Shown: piece by piece, positions 13,352 through 25,935 of the stretch
Layout of the letters: each line of letters opens with the position of its first letter
How positions within the stretch are numbered: position 1 is the first letter of the stretch
Source: Vicugna vicugna
Taxonomy: Eukaryota
Direction of reading: 5' to 3'
NCBI GenBank assembly: GCA_013265495.1
Contig: MU058844.1
Span: 13,352,184-13,416,183, forward strand
Length of the DNA stretch: 64,000 nucleotides
Position numbers and translations under genes: made by a program
Notes under the pieces: generated by a model
The model's input: the letters and a program-made list of their open reading frames with translations, nothing else
The model's database searches: none
What the model was told of the DNA's origin: nothing

Positions 13352-14057
13352 TGTTACCGAACAAGGGCTCATGCACCCGTGACACACGAAAGTCAAACTC
13401 TGACAGCAGATATTTGCAGCAAAGTAAGGGTTTAATTGCAAGGTGTGCCAAGCAAAGAGAATGAGCTCATGCACAAAAGACCTGAACTCCTCCATAGCTT
13501 TCAGGCAAGAGTTTTAAAGACAGTATTAGGGGAGAGGATCATAGGATGCGTGATCAGCTTGTTGGACCTTCTGATTGGTTAGTCAGGTAACAGGGTGATG
13601 TTTCCAGAATCTCAGCCTTCTGGTTCCAACCACTCTGGAATCTACGTGCTTGTGGTCAGCATGTAGCCACCATCCTCCTCCTGGGTGAGGGTCTTAGTTT
13701 CTACAGAATAACTCAAAGATATGCAGCAGATTGTTATCTATATCCCTTCAGTAGGAACAGGAGTCCTGCAGCTCTTGTCCTGGCCATTAACTGCTTGAGC
13801 CTGCTCTTTGGAGCTCAGTGAAGACCTTGGAGACTAAAGCCTTTTTTTCTACAAACAAGAAAAGGAGAACAGGGTGGGGCTTTTGTACCTGGGAAGGTTC
13901 CACATGATCCTAGTTGGTTTCAATTCCCCCCTTTTCTTTGATACTCCTCAATCCTGAGGGGAACAGGATCAGGACAAGAAAGGGAATAAAGTTTTGGACA
14001 GAGACGTGTTAATCAGAAATTTGGCCGGGGAACTCAGTTTAGGTGGATTCAGTTTCA
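13352..14057 (-). mobile_element. ERV1-class solo LTR with internal PPT
   Basis: TG...CA termini (minus strand TGAAACTG...CGGTAACA); 4-bp flanks CTTT/CTTG; minus-strand CCAAT (~13574), TTTAAAA (~13512) and ATTAAA (13431-13436). Confidence 0.85.
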
Positions 14058-14939
14058 CTTGATGAAGATTTTATATCTCTCCCTGCCCCCACCCCAAAAA
14101 ACCACCCCTCTATGCCACTGATTGATCATCCCATTTTGTACAGTCTGAACAAAGGCAGCTTTAAGAATAGCTGCTGGGGATGCACAGTGCACTCATTTGC
14201 AAACAGTGGTGTTCATTTTTCAACCCTGTCAAGGAAATTCATCTAAAGTAATGATAAGCCTAAAGAGTTCCTACATTAGCCATTTGTCATTAGAAGCATT
14301 CTACACAATGAATAGACATTACAGGCTGTTACGCAGCTCCAGGAACACTGCTCATTGAAATTTGTTGGAAAGATGATTGAATGTTATTTAAGTAGAACTT
14401 ATGTGCAATAAATAGTACATTTTCCGACTGCTGAGAAAATTGATGAAAAGGATAATGTTCCGTTTTGGATTCTAAACAAAAGGCAATCAATTAGTAGGAC
14501 CAGTTTGAATAATGTGAAAGAAACAGTGCCTAGAAACTCTCCTGCTGAAAGATTGGACCTCAGGCTGAAATAACTGCTTTTGCATTAAAAAGATCTATAG
14601 CTTGGCATAAACACAGCACGAAAAGGTAGTATGAACGGAACCCATTTCTGGACCCACGTGCCTCCCCAGAGCTTGGTTTCTCTTGAGCCCACTTTCTTTT
14701 CTCTGCCTCACCTTTATTATGGGCTGCTTTTCAACTTCCTTCTGAGCTCATAGCCACACTCTGGCCAACCTTTAAGGTGTCCTACCCAGCAAAGATTTTT
14801 AAAGAGGGATTATTGAAGCTCAGAGAGAACTACTAACTTGCGGGACTAGCCCTCCAATGCCACAGTGTGGGGTTGTCAGTAACACTCTGAATTTGCTGGT
14901 AATGACGGTGAGTGAGCTTTGATGATGGTTCCTTTACGT

Positions 14940-15127
14940 CAGAAATTGGCTTTTTTTTTTCCTGTAAAGGTCCAAAGAGTAATTATTTTAGTAACTGTGG
15001 GCCATATGGTCTCTGTTACGACTCAACTCTGCCATAAATAGCCTGAAAGCAGCCATAGCCAACGTGGAAATGAATGAGCATGGTTGTGTTCCAGTAAGAC
15101 TGTAATTTATAAAATGGGCAGCTGGCC
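14940..15127. mobile_element. MER58A (hAT-Charlie)
   Basis: ctgtaaagg...gggccatatggtctctg...actcaactctgcc...gaaagcagccatag...gtgttccagtaa. Confidence 0.85.
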
Positions 15128-15829
15128 TCCACTCTGCATCAGGGGACCAAAATCACGGTGACTGAACAAGTCTCACACAGAACAGTCTTCAATCATGCAT
15201 ATATATTTCTGAAAAGTAACTATTATCTGTTGGATGATGATTTCTAATTTCATATCACTTGCATATTATCTTTGCATCGTATGTTGAATGGCCAGTATTG
15301 AACTTGAAGCTTCCTCATTTTTCCTTTTGTGCCTTCCTCTCTTGCCTCCTGTCTCTGTCAATGTTTCCTAACCTTTACTGTGGAATCAGATGAGATAGAC
15401 ATCCCCTAGGAAATGGAGCCTTTGAAATGTGCCTGTGAACCGTTGTGTAATTGCTTCACCAAAGCCAAAGGCAAGAAGACAGGCAGATTTCATTCCCAGC
15501 TAGCTTAATGGAGATCAGGTATTGGTGCCACTCAAATATTCTGGCTTTCTCCCCTTTCCCTAAGCTCCAGGATTTTTATACAGGGGAAACCAGAAGTCTT
15601 AGAAAAGAAGTCAATTTAAACAGCAAAACAAATACAACAACCTGAAATACATTGAGCCTGAAGGATGTCGGGTAGGAAGGCGACATCCACTGATTATCTG
15701 CATAATAGTTCCCTTAACTGACTTCAGTGAACAGATTTACTCCTGCATTACTGACATTTTTCCTTGTGTAAAGAGTGTACCTGATTCTCACCCCGCATGG
15801 AATGTTTGGTCTACATTTTAGTAGGTTAC

Positions 15830-16090
15830 AGTGATCTGGCAAGCTTTTAAAATTCCATTTCCAGGGCTCCACTCTAGGCCACTTAAATCAAAATCACCAA
15901 GGGTGGGACTTAGGTGATTCTAAGGTGTAGCTAAGGCAGAGGACCTCTGTTTCTAGCTACTTGAAGTGTGGTCCATGGCCAGGAACAGTGACCTGGGAGC
16001 TTAGAATGACAGACTCTGCCCCACCCCAGATCTATTGGATCTGCATTTTAACAGGAACTCTAGGTGATTCTTCTGCACATTAAAGTTGAG
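15830..16090. mobile_element. Two adjacent MER5A/MER5A1-like MITEs
   Basis: aggtgattctaaggtgtagc..., then gctacttgaagtgtggtccatgg...ccccaccccagatcta...ctgcattttaacag...aggtgattc. Confidence 0.75.
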
Positions 16091-17099
16091 TTCATGCACT
16101 TTTGTCACTGCCTGCTAACTAGCGTGCATACCAAGGGTCAGTTATGTTTGTTCTTAAATCTGCCTATCCAGCTGTAATTATGTAAACACTATCTAACTGA
16201 TGAATTACAAGTGCACAAAGAGAGTGGATTTCATGAAAACATAGTGAATGAATATTTTTAAAGACAATAAAGGTAAGTCTAAATTCGCCTTTCAAATAAG
16301 GTTTGAGATAAACTGGAAAAATTGGGGCGGGGTAATTTATAAAATTCTAGATTGATTGTACAGTCATCTTGCTTCATGGTTGTCTTTAAATTGTTGTGCC
16401 AGTTTAAAAAAAAACACTGAAAGGGTACATTCTGGACCCTGAGTTTTGGATGTGGTTCATACAAGGAATATTACTTGCAACTCTAATTATCGACGGATCC
16501 AACAAAAAGAAAAGTTAAAGAAAAGACCATACAGATTAACACAGATAAACAAATATTTTAAGTTAAAATATGAAAGACTCAAAATACATACTTTTTAGTG
16601 ATGTCCCATCTTAACTGGTTTTTGATTAATTCACTAATTACTGCTCCTCTGCATCACATTGGATAAGAGAGCTTCTACTGTTAACCCTCAACTGCTGAGT
16701 CAACCAACCTGCCTACTTCTTCCTCTCTTCATGGTCCAACTGGTTTTACTCCATCAGAGTGGTTTCTGGACTTTGGGATTTCACTGACAAGGACAACTTC
16801 AGAAGTATTCTGGAGAACTCACATAGAGTTGCCTACTACATATTAGACCAATTAAGGATGAAAAAACAGCCCTATCATGTATTATCCATGATTTCAGAAA
16901 AGGAAAGAACATCAAAAAAGTTAGAAGGACACAATCTTATTATGAAAGAGAAATCTTCAAATGGCATAAAATTGCCTTTAGGGAGATGAACTGATTTTGA
17001 ATAATTTATCTAATAATTTACTGTGAGGTAGCAAAAACAAAAGAAAACCCTCTCCAGCTCTGCTGACAATTATTTGGGAAGCTGGTTGGCTGAAGTGTA

Positions 17100-17321
17100 C
17101 TTTTCTCCAGGGCTCTACCCTGATGCCCCCTCCTGACACAGTTAACCCTGTTCTCCTTTGTGTCACGGGTTCTTACCTCACTCTGTCGTAGCTGTTAGTT
17201 ATCTGTCTGTCCTCATCCCTGGACTGTGAACTGGGTCATCCTCATTTTGTATCTCTTACACATAACACAGTACTGGACACACTGTGGTGAGGCAATGCAT
17301 ATTTATTGGATGAGTGAATGG
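17100..17321 (+). mobile_element. L2 3' end
   Basis: ctggactgtgaact...acacagtactggacac...atatttattggatgagtgaatg. Confidence 0.7.
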
Positions 17322-18354
17322 AGTAGGTCTGCTTCCTACAGATTTATGTCAAAGGGAAAATGGAACTCATTGCAACATATACGCTGTTCTGCCCTTCTAA
17401 GACTCTGGTTGAACATTTTTGCTGAATTGTCAACAATATGGTAATATAGGTCAGTAATTAAGCACTGTAGAATTGGCCATAATTTGTTGCATTTTTTGAT
17501 TACTTCTCCACTGTGAATCCATTTACTGTAGTATATTTAATTAGTATTAATTTTCAGACTGAGGGAATTTCAGGATAATACAAACATACTGTTTTTTATT
17601 ACATTGTGTTTTCATTAAATAGTAACTTACATAGCAGAGCTCTGTTGTTTTTTTAATACAACAAAAAGAAATTTTATTATATTGGTACCAATTAAACCAA
17701 GAGACAAAAATTGAAAGTGTACCATAAAGTTTTTTTTTTTGGCAGAATTAATGGAGGGAATAAGAGCTGTAAAGAAATGGAAGTGCTCTTTTCTTTTGAA
17801 AATAAGATATTAAAGGAATAATCAGTATCTCAAGTTGATTCTTGGTAAAGCAATTCCCTCCTGTATTTGAAAGTTTTTAGTTATCTCTTGTCTTTTCATT
17901 AACCATCAATAACTAAGTGCCAATAATACATGTTCATTATAATTAATCACATGCCCTTATATTGATGTTCTACTTATAAATTTGAATTTTAGACAGCATA
18001 GAATTTTTTTTTTTGAAATAAGAAGACACAGACACACTCAGTACTGATACTCCCATGACCCTCATAATCATCTTCCTGTGGTCCAATAAGAATGTAATTT
18101 GGATCATTTATTAACATTCTTATCTTACTGATAATACTATTAGCCTATTAGCTAACAGGTTGTCCTTCATATGTGAAAATTACTCTTCTTGTTTATTTTG
18201 GATCAAATGTAAGAGCTAGGATGTTTTTCTTCTGCAGTTTTTTCCCCCTTGAATAGAAAGAGTATCTTATTTTTTCATTTCACTTTTTGGATAACTTTGG
18301 CCTGCATTGTTGAGGACTCTGCGTGTGAGGGGAGACTTACATCATCGGCTTGAA

Positions 18355-18575
18355 TTACTGATTTATTCAGCACCCAATCACAGTGCCAGACACTGCTTAA
18401 CGCACGGGAGATGAAGTCAAAGGCAGAGGAGATGCCTGCTTCTGTGGAACTCACTACTCTTCTCTGGTTTGAGTGGGAAGGTCTCTGATAGACAACAAAC
18501 AAATATGAAAATAAGTAAAAGATAATTTCTGTAACCACAGGCTATGATTAGTCCTGAGAAGGAAAGAGAAACCTA
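18355..18575 (-). mobile_element. L2 3' end
   Basis: atttattcagcacc...gtgccagacactg...cctgcttctgtggaactcac. Confidence 0.7.
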
Positions 18576-20476
18576 TAGAAGGCAGAGCTCTGCATTGACT
18601 TTAGCGCAAATCTTTCCCGACACTGAGCACCCCAGGGCAAGGTCAGGATCTGGGGTCCCCACTGCTGCCTCTAAGACACTGGAAAAGCAGCATCTCCCTG
18701 TTCATCTGGTTGCTGCAACTCAGAGAGATGTCCAGAAGGCAAGCTGAACTTTCAAAATGTTCTTTCTTTGTCACCTGCTTCAAGAAGCAGATTTGAATTT
18801 TCTAAGCCATTCACTATCTCTTGAACCTTTTCCCAATAATTGTTTCAAATGGCCCAAGGGTAAAGTTTCTGTCAATGTTCTTACTACAGCCATAACAGTG
18901 CTCAGCTGTCACCTTAAAGATTGTGTGTGCTACGAAGTTTAATGGGAAAATGTGCCACTTCGATGAAACCAAAGAAACATGAAAATGGGATCTAGAAAAT
19001 TACACTGTTACTATGGTGATGGCATCTCTTTGGCAATTGAAGAGAATCATTTAATAAAGTTATAAAACCCAGTAAATATTGGACAGCTTTATGGAAATGT
19101 AATAACTGACGTCATATATCAAAAAGCACTAAAACCCATTTTGCATTTATGGCTCACAGCAAAATTATAATGCGGATGAGGACTAAATGACCTATAAATG
19201 TTAAACACATAGTTAAGCACGGGATATGTCAGCCAGTCTCTGTGGTTTTTCTGGGTAATATGTTCAAGTTAAATGCAATCGTGAGGGGAAACATTTGCGT
19301 TTTTCTAAGCCTGTGTATATTTCGGTGCCTTTTCTGAGTCAGAAAGGTAGAACAAAAACTATATCTGTTTGCTTGCTGATGATCAGGGAAGATACCAGGA
19401 GAAATAAGCAAGCCTGTGTCCTTGGATATGAATTTGACAAAGTAAATGCTGATAACATTGTTAGCCTGGTACTGCTACTGCTCAGCCTTATCCAAAATGT
19501 GACCGTGTTTTGGGTCACATGAATGTTCTCTGGTTTGCACTGACTTTATTCCCAATACAGAGCTATTGTTTGTATTTTTCTAGAAGCTGAGCTCAAAAAC
19601 ATTTTGAATAATGCATCCTGGGATAGAAAAACTTTTCAGTTTGTAGGGAGCATTTTATCCTGTAAATAAATAGGTTTCTCCTCAGCAGCTCGTCAAAATT
19701 TCGTGCAAAAGGAAACTAAAAGAAAGAGGGTCTTCCTAAGGCACAAAGAGGAGGCATTTCCAGCTAAGAAATTGAAGGCGCATGTGCATGGTTTTTACTA
19801 TGTCATTCAGCTAATTTCTCTGGGATGATCAGGGGACGATACACTGCTTGTTCCTAAGATGGTCAAACAACCAAGTGAAACAGTCCTTCAAGTATCACAT
19901 TCTCAAAATGCAGAGCCACAGAACTGATCGATGGTTTTCTTTGAGTCAGCCAATGAGCTAAAGCACAGCCATCAATCTGGGAACTCTGCGTAGTCCAACC
20001 TTGGGTACTAGTTTTATTTTTCATGATTCATCCTCCTAGGTTTGGTACCAGTACCTCACAAGTGGCTTTGAAGTTTTCCATGTTCTGTTTCTTTGGTTCT
20101 GAAGCTTCAGGGGTTCTCATTTCCTCTGGCTTTGATTTGTCAAAATAGTTCTCAGTTCTCTGGCTTCTCCTCTCTCCAGCTTTCCAGGGATATCGCTCAG
20201 TGCATATCCCTAGCCTCCTCCTAGGACTCTCTTCGAGTCTGTACTTGCTTAACGGGACCAGTTCTTGCACGGAAGAATTGAGAGCAGGGTCCTTGAAGAG
20301 CATTCTTAGGCAAAGTTGTTGGTTTGGCAGAGGATGAATAAAGACAAGGGACTATAATGAAATCAAATGTAGAATGTTCTGGATAAGTGTTTCACCTTCC
20401 TATTACAATGTAAAATTTGAAGAGAGGTGGATGCCGATGAGACCATACAAATAGAGTGAGAACCGGACTGCTCGTG

Positions 20477-21018
20477 GAGCATGCTTTACATGCTAGGCAT
20501 GGAGTGTTTTACACAGATCATCCCATTTAATCTTTTTTTAAAACTTTTAAAAATTGAGATATAATTGACATATAATATTGTATTTGATTTTAGGTGTATA
20601 GCATAATGATTTGGTATATGTGTACATAGCAAAATGATTATCACGGTATGTTAATATCCATCACCACAAGTAGTGATGATTTTTTTTTTCTTGTGATGAG
20701 AACTTTCAAGATCTATTCTCCTAGCAGTTTTCAAGTACACAATACCATAGTGTTAGCCATAGTCACCATGCTGTGTATTACAGCCCCAGGATTTATTTAA
20801 CCTTACAACTGGAATTTTGTACCTTCTGACCACCTTCATCTCATTTAATTTTTATAAGCTTTAAGGTAGGTGTCATTATTACCTGGATTTTTAGGAGACA
20901 AATGACATAAAGAAATAAGTAACTTGCTCAAGGTCACATAACAACTAACTGGTAGGACTGGAATTCAAACTCCAGTCTCTTTGAGTCTAAGTCCTGTGCT
21001 TCTAGCCATTGCACCATA
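20477..21018 (-). mobile_element. MIR interrupted by L1
   Basis: Left half tgctaggcatgg...tcccatttaatc; right half aaggtaggtgtcattatt...taagtaacttgctcaaggtcaca...ggaattcaaact. Confidence 0.8.
20535..20835 (-). mobile_element. 5'-truncated L1 3' UTR (L1MA9-like/laurasiatherian)
   Basis: aattgagatataattgacatataa...gtgatgagaactttcaagatcta; ~17-bp TSD at 20518-20534 and 20836-20852 with 2 mismatches. Confidence 0.85.
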
Positions 21019-21529
21019 TTAAATCAGGTCTAGGTGTAGCTCTGTATAGCAATCCCTTTTAATGGAAACAAAGGATGCTATAATTTGTACCCATCATTAG
21101 AACTGAAACTTAGATAATCTTTGTATTGCTAAGTCCCAGGAAGGTTGTGCAAGGCACACTGGGTTCTCCTTGGTATACTTTAGGAGAACTGCTGCAGGGG
21201 CCACAACAGGGATGTCAGAAAATTGATGGTCAACCCAGCTCAACACCGAGTTAGGAAAGTGAAAGTGAACAGTGAGTCTGGGAAATAAAACTATGACTCA
21301 GAGGCTAGAATGCAGGTATAAATCAAGACAGCACTAATGCAAATGAAAAAAGACTGATTCAGACTGAACACTGCAGATTCAGAATTCTATTGCAAAGTCA
21401 GAATTCTGGCTAATGTATAGTTTAATCTATTCCTGTTGGGTCAGGATTAGTACCTTAAAGAATTTTGACTAAATGAAAGGAGAGAGAGAGAGAAAGAGAG
21501 GAAAGAAGGAGGGAAGAAAGTTATATATG

Positions 21530-23040
21530 ATGTATTCTCATTATAAAAAATTTAAAACATGAAGGGAATTTTTTTTAAAAAGAAAGAAAGAAAATGAATA
21601 TTTACCATAGCTCTCAGCTTCTAAAGAAAACCACAATTAACATTTTAGTACATTTCCAAAATATATACGATATAGTATATAGCTTATTTCTTTTAATATC
21701 ACATAAGCATATTCTATCTTATTCCAATTCATTATAAACATTGTTTTATTGTCTGCATGATGTTCTATCACTTGTGTACAGTTATTTACAATTTTTCCTT
21801 TTTATTAGATTTTAGAAGATTAGCATTTAAAAATTTTAGCTGTCATTCTCTGATGTTTATTGCTTTTTCCTCAACAATTTAGGACTCTTTCCTCATAGAT
21901 ACCCCAGAGGTGGAACTTGTGGGTTAAGGTTAAAGACCAGTTTTGACCCTTGACACATATTGCCAGATTGTTTTCACTTCCTCCAGCAATGTTTCAAGCT
22001 ATACTTTTCACTACATTATCCTCAGCATTGAGTACTCTCATAAAAATAAAAATTAGGCAGAAAATGGCACTGTATGGTTTGAAAAATAGCATACTTTGAT
22101 TCCCAGTGAGCCAGATATTTTCCCGTAAGATGATTAGTCATTTGCATATCCTCTTCTTGTGGTTTTTCTGTGCTCATCCTTTGTCCATTCATCTTTTGAA
22201 ATCCTTTTCCCTTTCCTATTGTGAAATATATATAGTACATAGAAGAGTGTATAAAACATATGAGCAGTTTAAAGAATAATCATGCCGTGAACTCCTCCTT
22301 GCAACCACAGCCTAAGTTAAAAGTAGCATGTAAAACATTGCCGCCAAGACCCACATGCCTCACCCTTAACCTTCACCTTCTTCTCCACTGTGTCTTATGC
22401 ACCCCCATCCCTAGTAAACACGATTCCTGATTTTCGACTAATCATTCCCTTGCTTTTCTTAATATTTTTATTGCCTATAGAGACATTCATGAACAATTGA
22501 TTTCAGGTGTGCCCGTTTTTGAACTTTACATAAAAGAAATTCTACTATTAACTCTTGCGACTGGCTTTTCTCACTCAGCATTTTGTAGGATTCATTCACG
22601 GTGCTGTGTGGAGCTGGAGTACATCACAGTATTATTCCTTTCTATTGGTAATTTCAAATACAATGGAAAGGTTTTTTTCAATCACATTTGAGGAAACTAT
22701 GTTTTCCCAATTTTTAAAAATTCCTTGTAATTTTGGCTGTATTTCAATATCAGACATTTTAGACAGGTTTAGATAGTAAAATCCCTGGATCTTTTCCTTT
22801 ATGATGCCTTTCATTGCTTTGAAACTTAAAAGGTCCTTCCCCTCCATTGTATTGATAAATATTTCCTCCTATTTTAGCTCTTTTATGCTTTATTATTTTT
22901 TGGGGGGGGGAGCAAACCTTTAATGCTTTAATCCACATGTGTTTATTTTGGTTTATGGTCTGATTTGACTTCTAGATTGATTTTTTTCATCCAAAGAAGT
23001 AACTGCTTATTGAATAGTCCTTTCCCACGCCACTTGATCT
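21530..23040 (-). mobile_element. Decayed ancient L1 (L1ME-like) fragments, probably nested
   Basis: ccacaattaacattttagtacatttcc, tgacacatattgccagattg, tagtcatttgcatatcctcttc, gcttttctcactcagcat. Confidence 0.65.
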
Positions 23041-23139
23041 GCTTCCTTTGTGTGGCAGGGATGAAACAGAGTTGGATTTATGGGTAAAAAAGCAAGTGTG
23101 TCTAGGAATTTTGTTGGTCAGAGGAGGAGTGATTTGGTA

Positions 23140-23810
23140 TCCAGGGGAGTTAAGGAGGTCTTCTTAGAGGAGGTGATAATTGGGGGTTGTTTTATAGGAC
23201 CAGGAAGATCCTATGAAAAGAACGGAGGAGGGGAAGAAGGGCAGGTGAACATTTCAAGCCGAAGAAACTGACAAGTAGAGGAAACTGGCAAGGGTGTTTG
23301 TGTTTATAAGCTGAACAACTCTAGAATCAGACAAATCCAGCCCTTCAACTTACAAGCTCTATGATCTCCTGCAACTTACTTAGACTTTCTGTGCCTTAAT
23401 TTTTCATCTATCAAATGGGGATAAATAGATTCTACATCATAAGATTATTATAAGCAATTATAAGATATGTGTAAAGTACTTAGCATATCCAGATCACTCA
23501 ATAAACATTATTTAAATATTAGACAGCATGCTATACCTCCTGCTTACTACTATATTTGCAGACACGAGTCAGAAAATCAATATGTATTTGCCAAGTGAAT
23601 GAATGAAGAACAGAGACTTGAAACATCATGGTATCTTTAGGAATATGCAAGTAGTTTGGTGTTGCTTGAATAAAATTTGTTAGGAATTAAGTGGAGTGGG
23701 GACCACATCATATAGGAAGGGCCTAGAACACCATTCCAGGGGGCTTCCTCTTTATCTTATGAACAGTATTGAGACACTGGATGGTTTTATGCAGAAGTGT
23801 GATGGGGGCA
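23140..23810 (-). mobile_element. L2 fragments flanking a MIR
   Basis: aaggaggtcttcttagaggaggtga and ggaatatgcaagtagtttggtgttgct...ggttttatgcagaagtgtga. Confidence 0.55.
23318..23512 (+). mobile_element. MIR
   Basis: ctctagaatcagac...tcatctatcaaatggggataa...gtaaagtacttagca...ctcaataaacatta. Confidence 0.8.
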
Positions 23811-24047
23811 TAATCAAGAGAAAGCAATGACCTTAGGGTGGTAGAGACTGGCTTGAGACCCTAAACTCATATCTTATGCCTCCTACAAAACTCTAGGAAA
23901 AAGAAATTTTAACTTTATCTTTTCTTAGAAATATTCAAAGATGGAAGCACTGCATCTTTAATAAAAGACTGTAGCTTTCAGTAGACTTCATCAGGTAAGG
24001 TCTTATGTAGGCTCTTCTTTATTTCTAGGGCAATTCCCTATGTGTTT

Positions 24048-24495
24048 CTGGGGCAAAGTTTGCTCATTGCTCCGTAATATCTGTTTCTCCTCTTCTTTGA
24101 TAGTAGAATTCACAATTTTTAGCTGGACATTTGGCTGTCTGGAATTAGAACTACATTTCCCAGCTTCCCTTTTGGCCTGCTGTGACTATGTGACTGGAGA
24201 ATGGAATGTTAGCAGAAGTGTTATGTGCAACTTCCAGGATCTATTCATAAAGGGAAGGGGCATGCCTTCTTCTTTGCTCCATCCCTTTTTCTGCTGGGTA
24301 GAGTATAGATGTGATGACTGGAGCTTAAGCAGCCGTATTGGACACTAAAGCGTAGGCCAGACAATACGAATGGTGAAATTGCTTGCTAGCCATGGCTTGT
24401 CTTCCTCTAGACTCTCTTTATGTGAGAAATACACTTCTGTCATTGTTATTTTGTCATTTCTGTCATTTGCAGCTGCACCTAATTTTAGCAAATAT
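24048..24495 (+). mobile_element. LTR33-like ERVL solo LTR
   Basis: actacatttcccagcttccct...tgtgactatgtgact...gcagaagtgttatgtgcaacttccagga...aaagggaaggggcatgcc. Confidence 0.8.
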
Positions 24496-25134
24496 TGATT
24501 CACATCTATTTGCTCTCATTGGATAAGAAGTGCAGCATTTCCCTCTCTCTGTATACATTTTAAAAAACCTTCTCAAATAGTAGGTAAGAATTATTAAATT
24601 TCTCTTCTACCTTTAGTGTTAAGTTCTGCAAATCACTTTTTAAAGCCTTTTCATCTCAATTGCTTTTTTTTTTTTTTTTCCGATTTGCAGTATTTTCTTT
24701 GGCTTCCTAAAATGTTTCAATGTTCCTCCCTTAGGTATTCCCCAGAATGGAATTAATTCTGTGGAAAATGGAGAATTGCTTGGTACTGCCCTCAATATAG
24801 ATTTATTTTATTTCTTAGTTCCAGCGTGGTGTTGGCCTCTTTCAGTTATTTCTCAAATGAGCATTATAATTGTTAAGAAAATCAGGTTGTATTTTCCCAT
24901 GACTAATTTGTTCATTTCTGACTTGTGTGCCTTCAAAGTCAGTAAATCATATCCTGGCCTGAAGAATCACCCCAAACTGGTCTCTTGTGTACACAAGAAA
25001 CAGAACATAATCTTAATATTGTGGGGAGGGCCAGGGAGAAGACTGCAAAGGCTGGGCAGGAAGCAGTGATAGCTCTGATTATTAGCACTGGGTGTCTAAC
25101 TCAATAAAGTGATTTTTTAAAAAGCACATGTAGT

Positions 25135-25272
25135 GGGGAGGGTATAGCTCAGTGGTAGAGTGCGTGCACGAGGTCCTGGGTTCAATCCACAGAACCTGCA
25201 TTAAAAAATAAATTAAAAAAAACTAATTACCCCCCCCAAGTAAATTAAAAATAAATAAGTAAAATAAAAATA
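25135..25272 (+). mobile_element. Camelid tRNA-derived SINE (Vic-1-like)
   Basis: GGGGAGGGTATAGCTCAGTGGTAGAG (A box), GGTTCAATCC (B box), CTAATTACCCCC and an A-rich tail. Confidence 0.85.
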
Positions 25273-25647
25273 AATGTGTAAATCAATGTTTTATTGTTCT
25301 GAGCAAGAAAAATAATTATGTTTTCATTTCAGTAGGAATTGCAATGCAGAAATGGGTTTGGGAAACAAATATCAAATGGCAAATGAAAAGTAGCTCAGAG
25401 AGGTAACCATTTGTTTCTTCTCAGGGAAGGTGAGAGGAATCACAGGGTCTGTGAAATGGACTGTCTAGGTGAGTGAGCAGGAATGCTGTGTTTTGCTTGC
25501 TGATTTTCTTCTTTTGTGTGTGTGTGTGTGTGTGTTGATTGAGTTGTTTATTTGGTTTCTTTGCACCCTGGACAGGATTATTTTTTAAGCCTCAGAGTAA
25601 ATATTGATTCACATTAATAGATCAGTGAAAAGAGACTGAAAACTCAG

Positions 25648-25935
25648 AGTGGTGTGACAGTCAGAACATAGACTTTAGAATAGGAGGCACCTGATCCACA
25701 GCCCACTTCTGCAACTTACAAGCCACTTGACCTCAAGCAATCTGTTTGATGTCTCTGAGCCTTCATTTCCTCATATATAAAATGGAAAAAAATGGTATCT
25801 TCTCCCCAGTGTTGTTCTCGATAATTCATGTTGACTTCAGGGTTACTAAAATTGCTAATGAATATGAGTAACCCACAAAACAACTGGCCATATAGTACCC
25901 ACTGATCATATGGTGCCTGGAGCACAGTAAACACT
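25648..25935 (+). mobile_element. MIR
   Basis: agaacatagactttagaa...ctctgagccttcatttcctcatatataaaatgg...tgcctggagcacagtaaacactc. Confidence 0.75.

Noticed and set aside
12980..13495. Longest ORF (171 aa, minus strand)
   Set aside because: It starts inside the LTR and runs through unique DNA and an antisense L2, with no recognisable domain; consistent with chance.
16172..16278. Exon candidate ending AAG|GTAAGT
   Set aside because: Stops in all three frames and a modest acceptor; such signals occur by chance in 64 kb.
25135..25200. tRNA gene (also 61943-62015)
   Set aside because: A and B boxes are present, but an A-rich tail, the SINE-specific CTAATTACC motif and (in the second copy) a TSD follow; these are SINEs.
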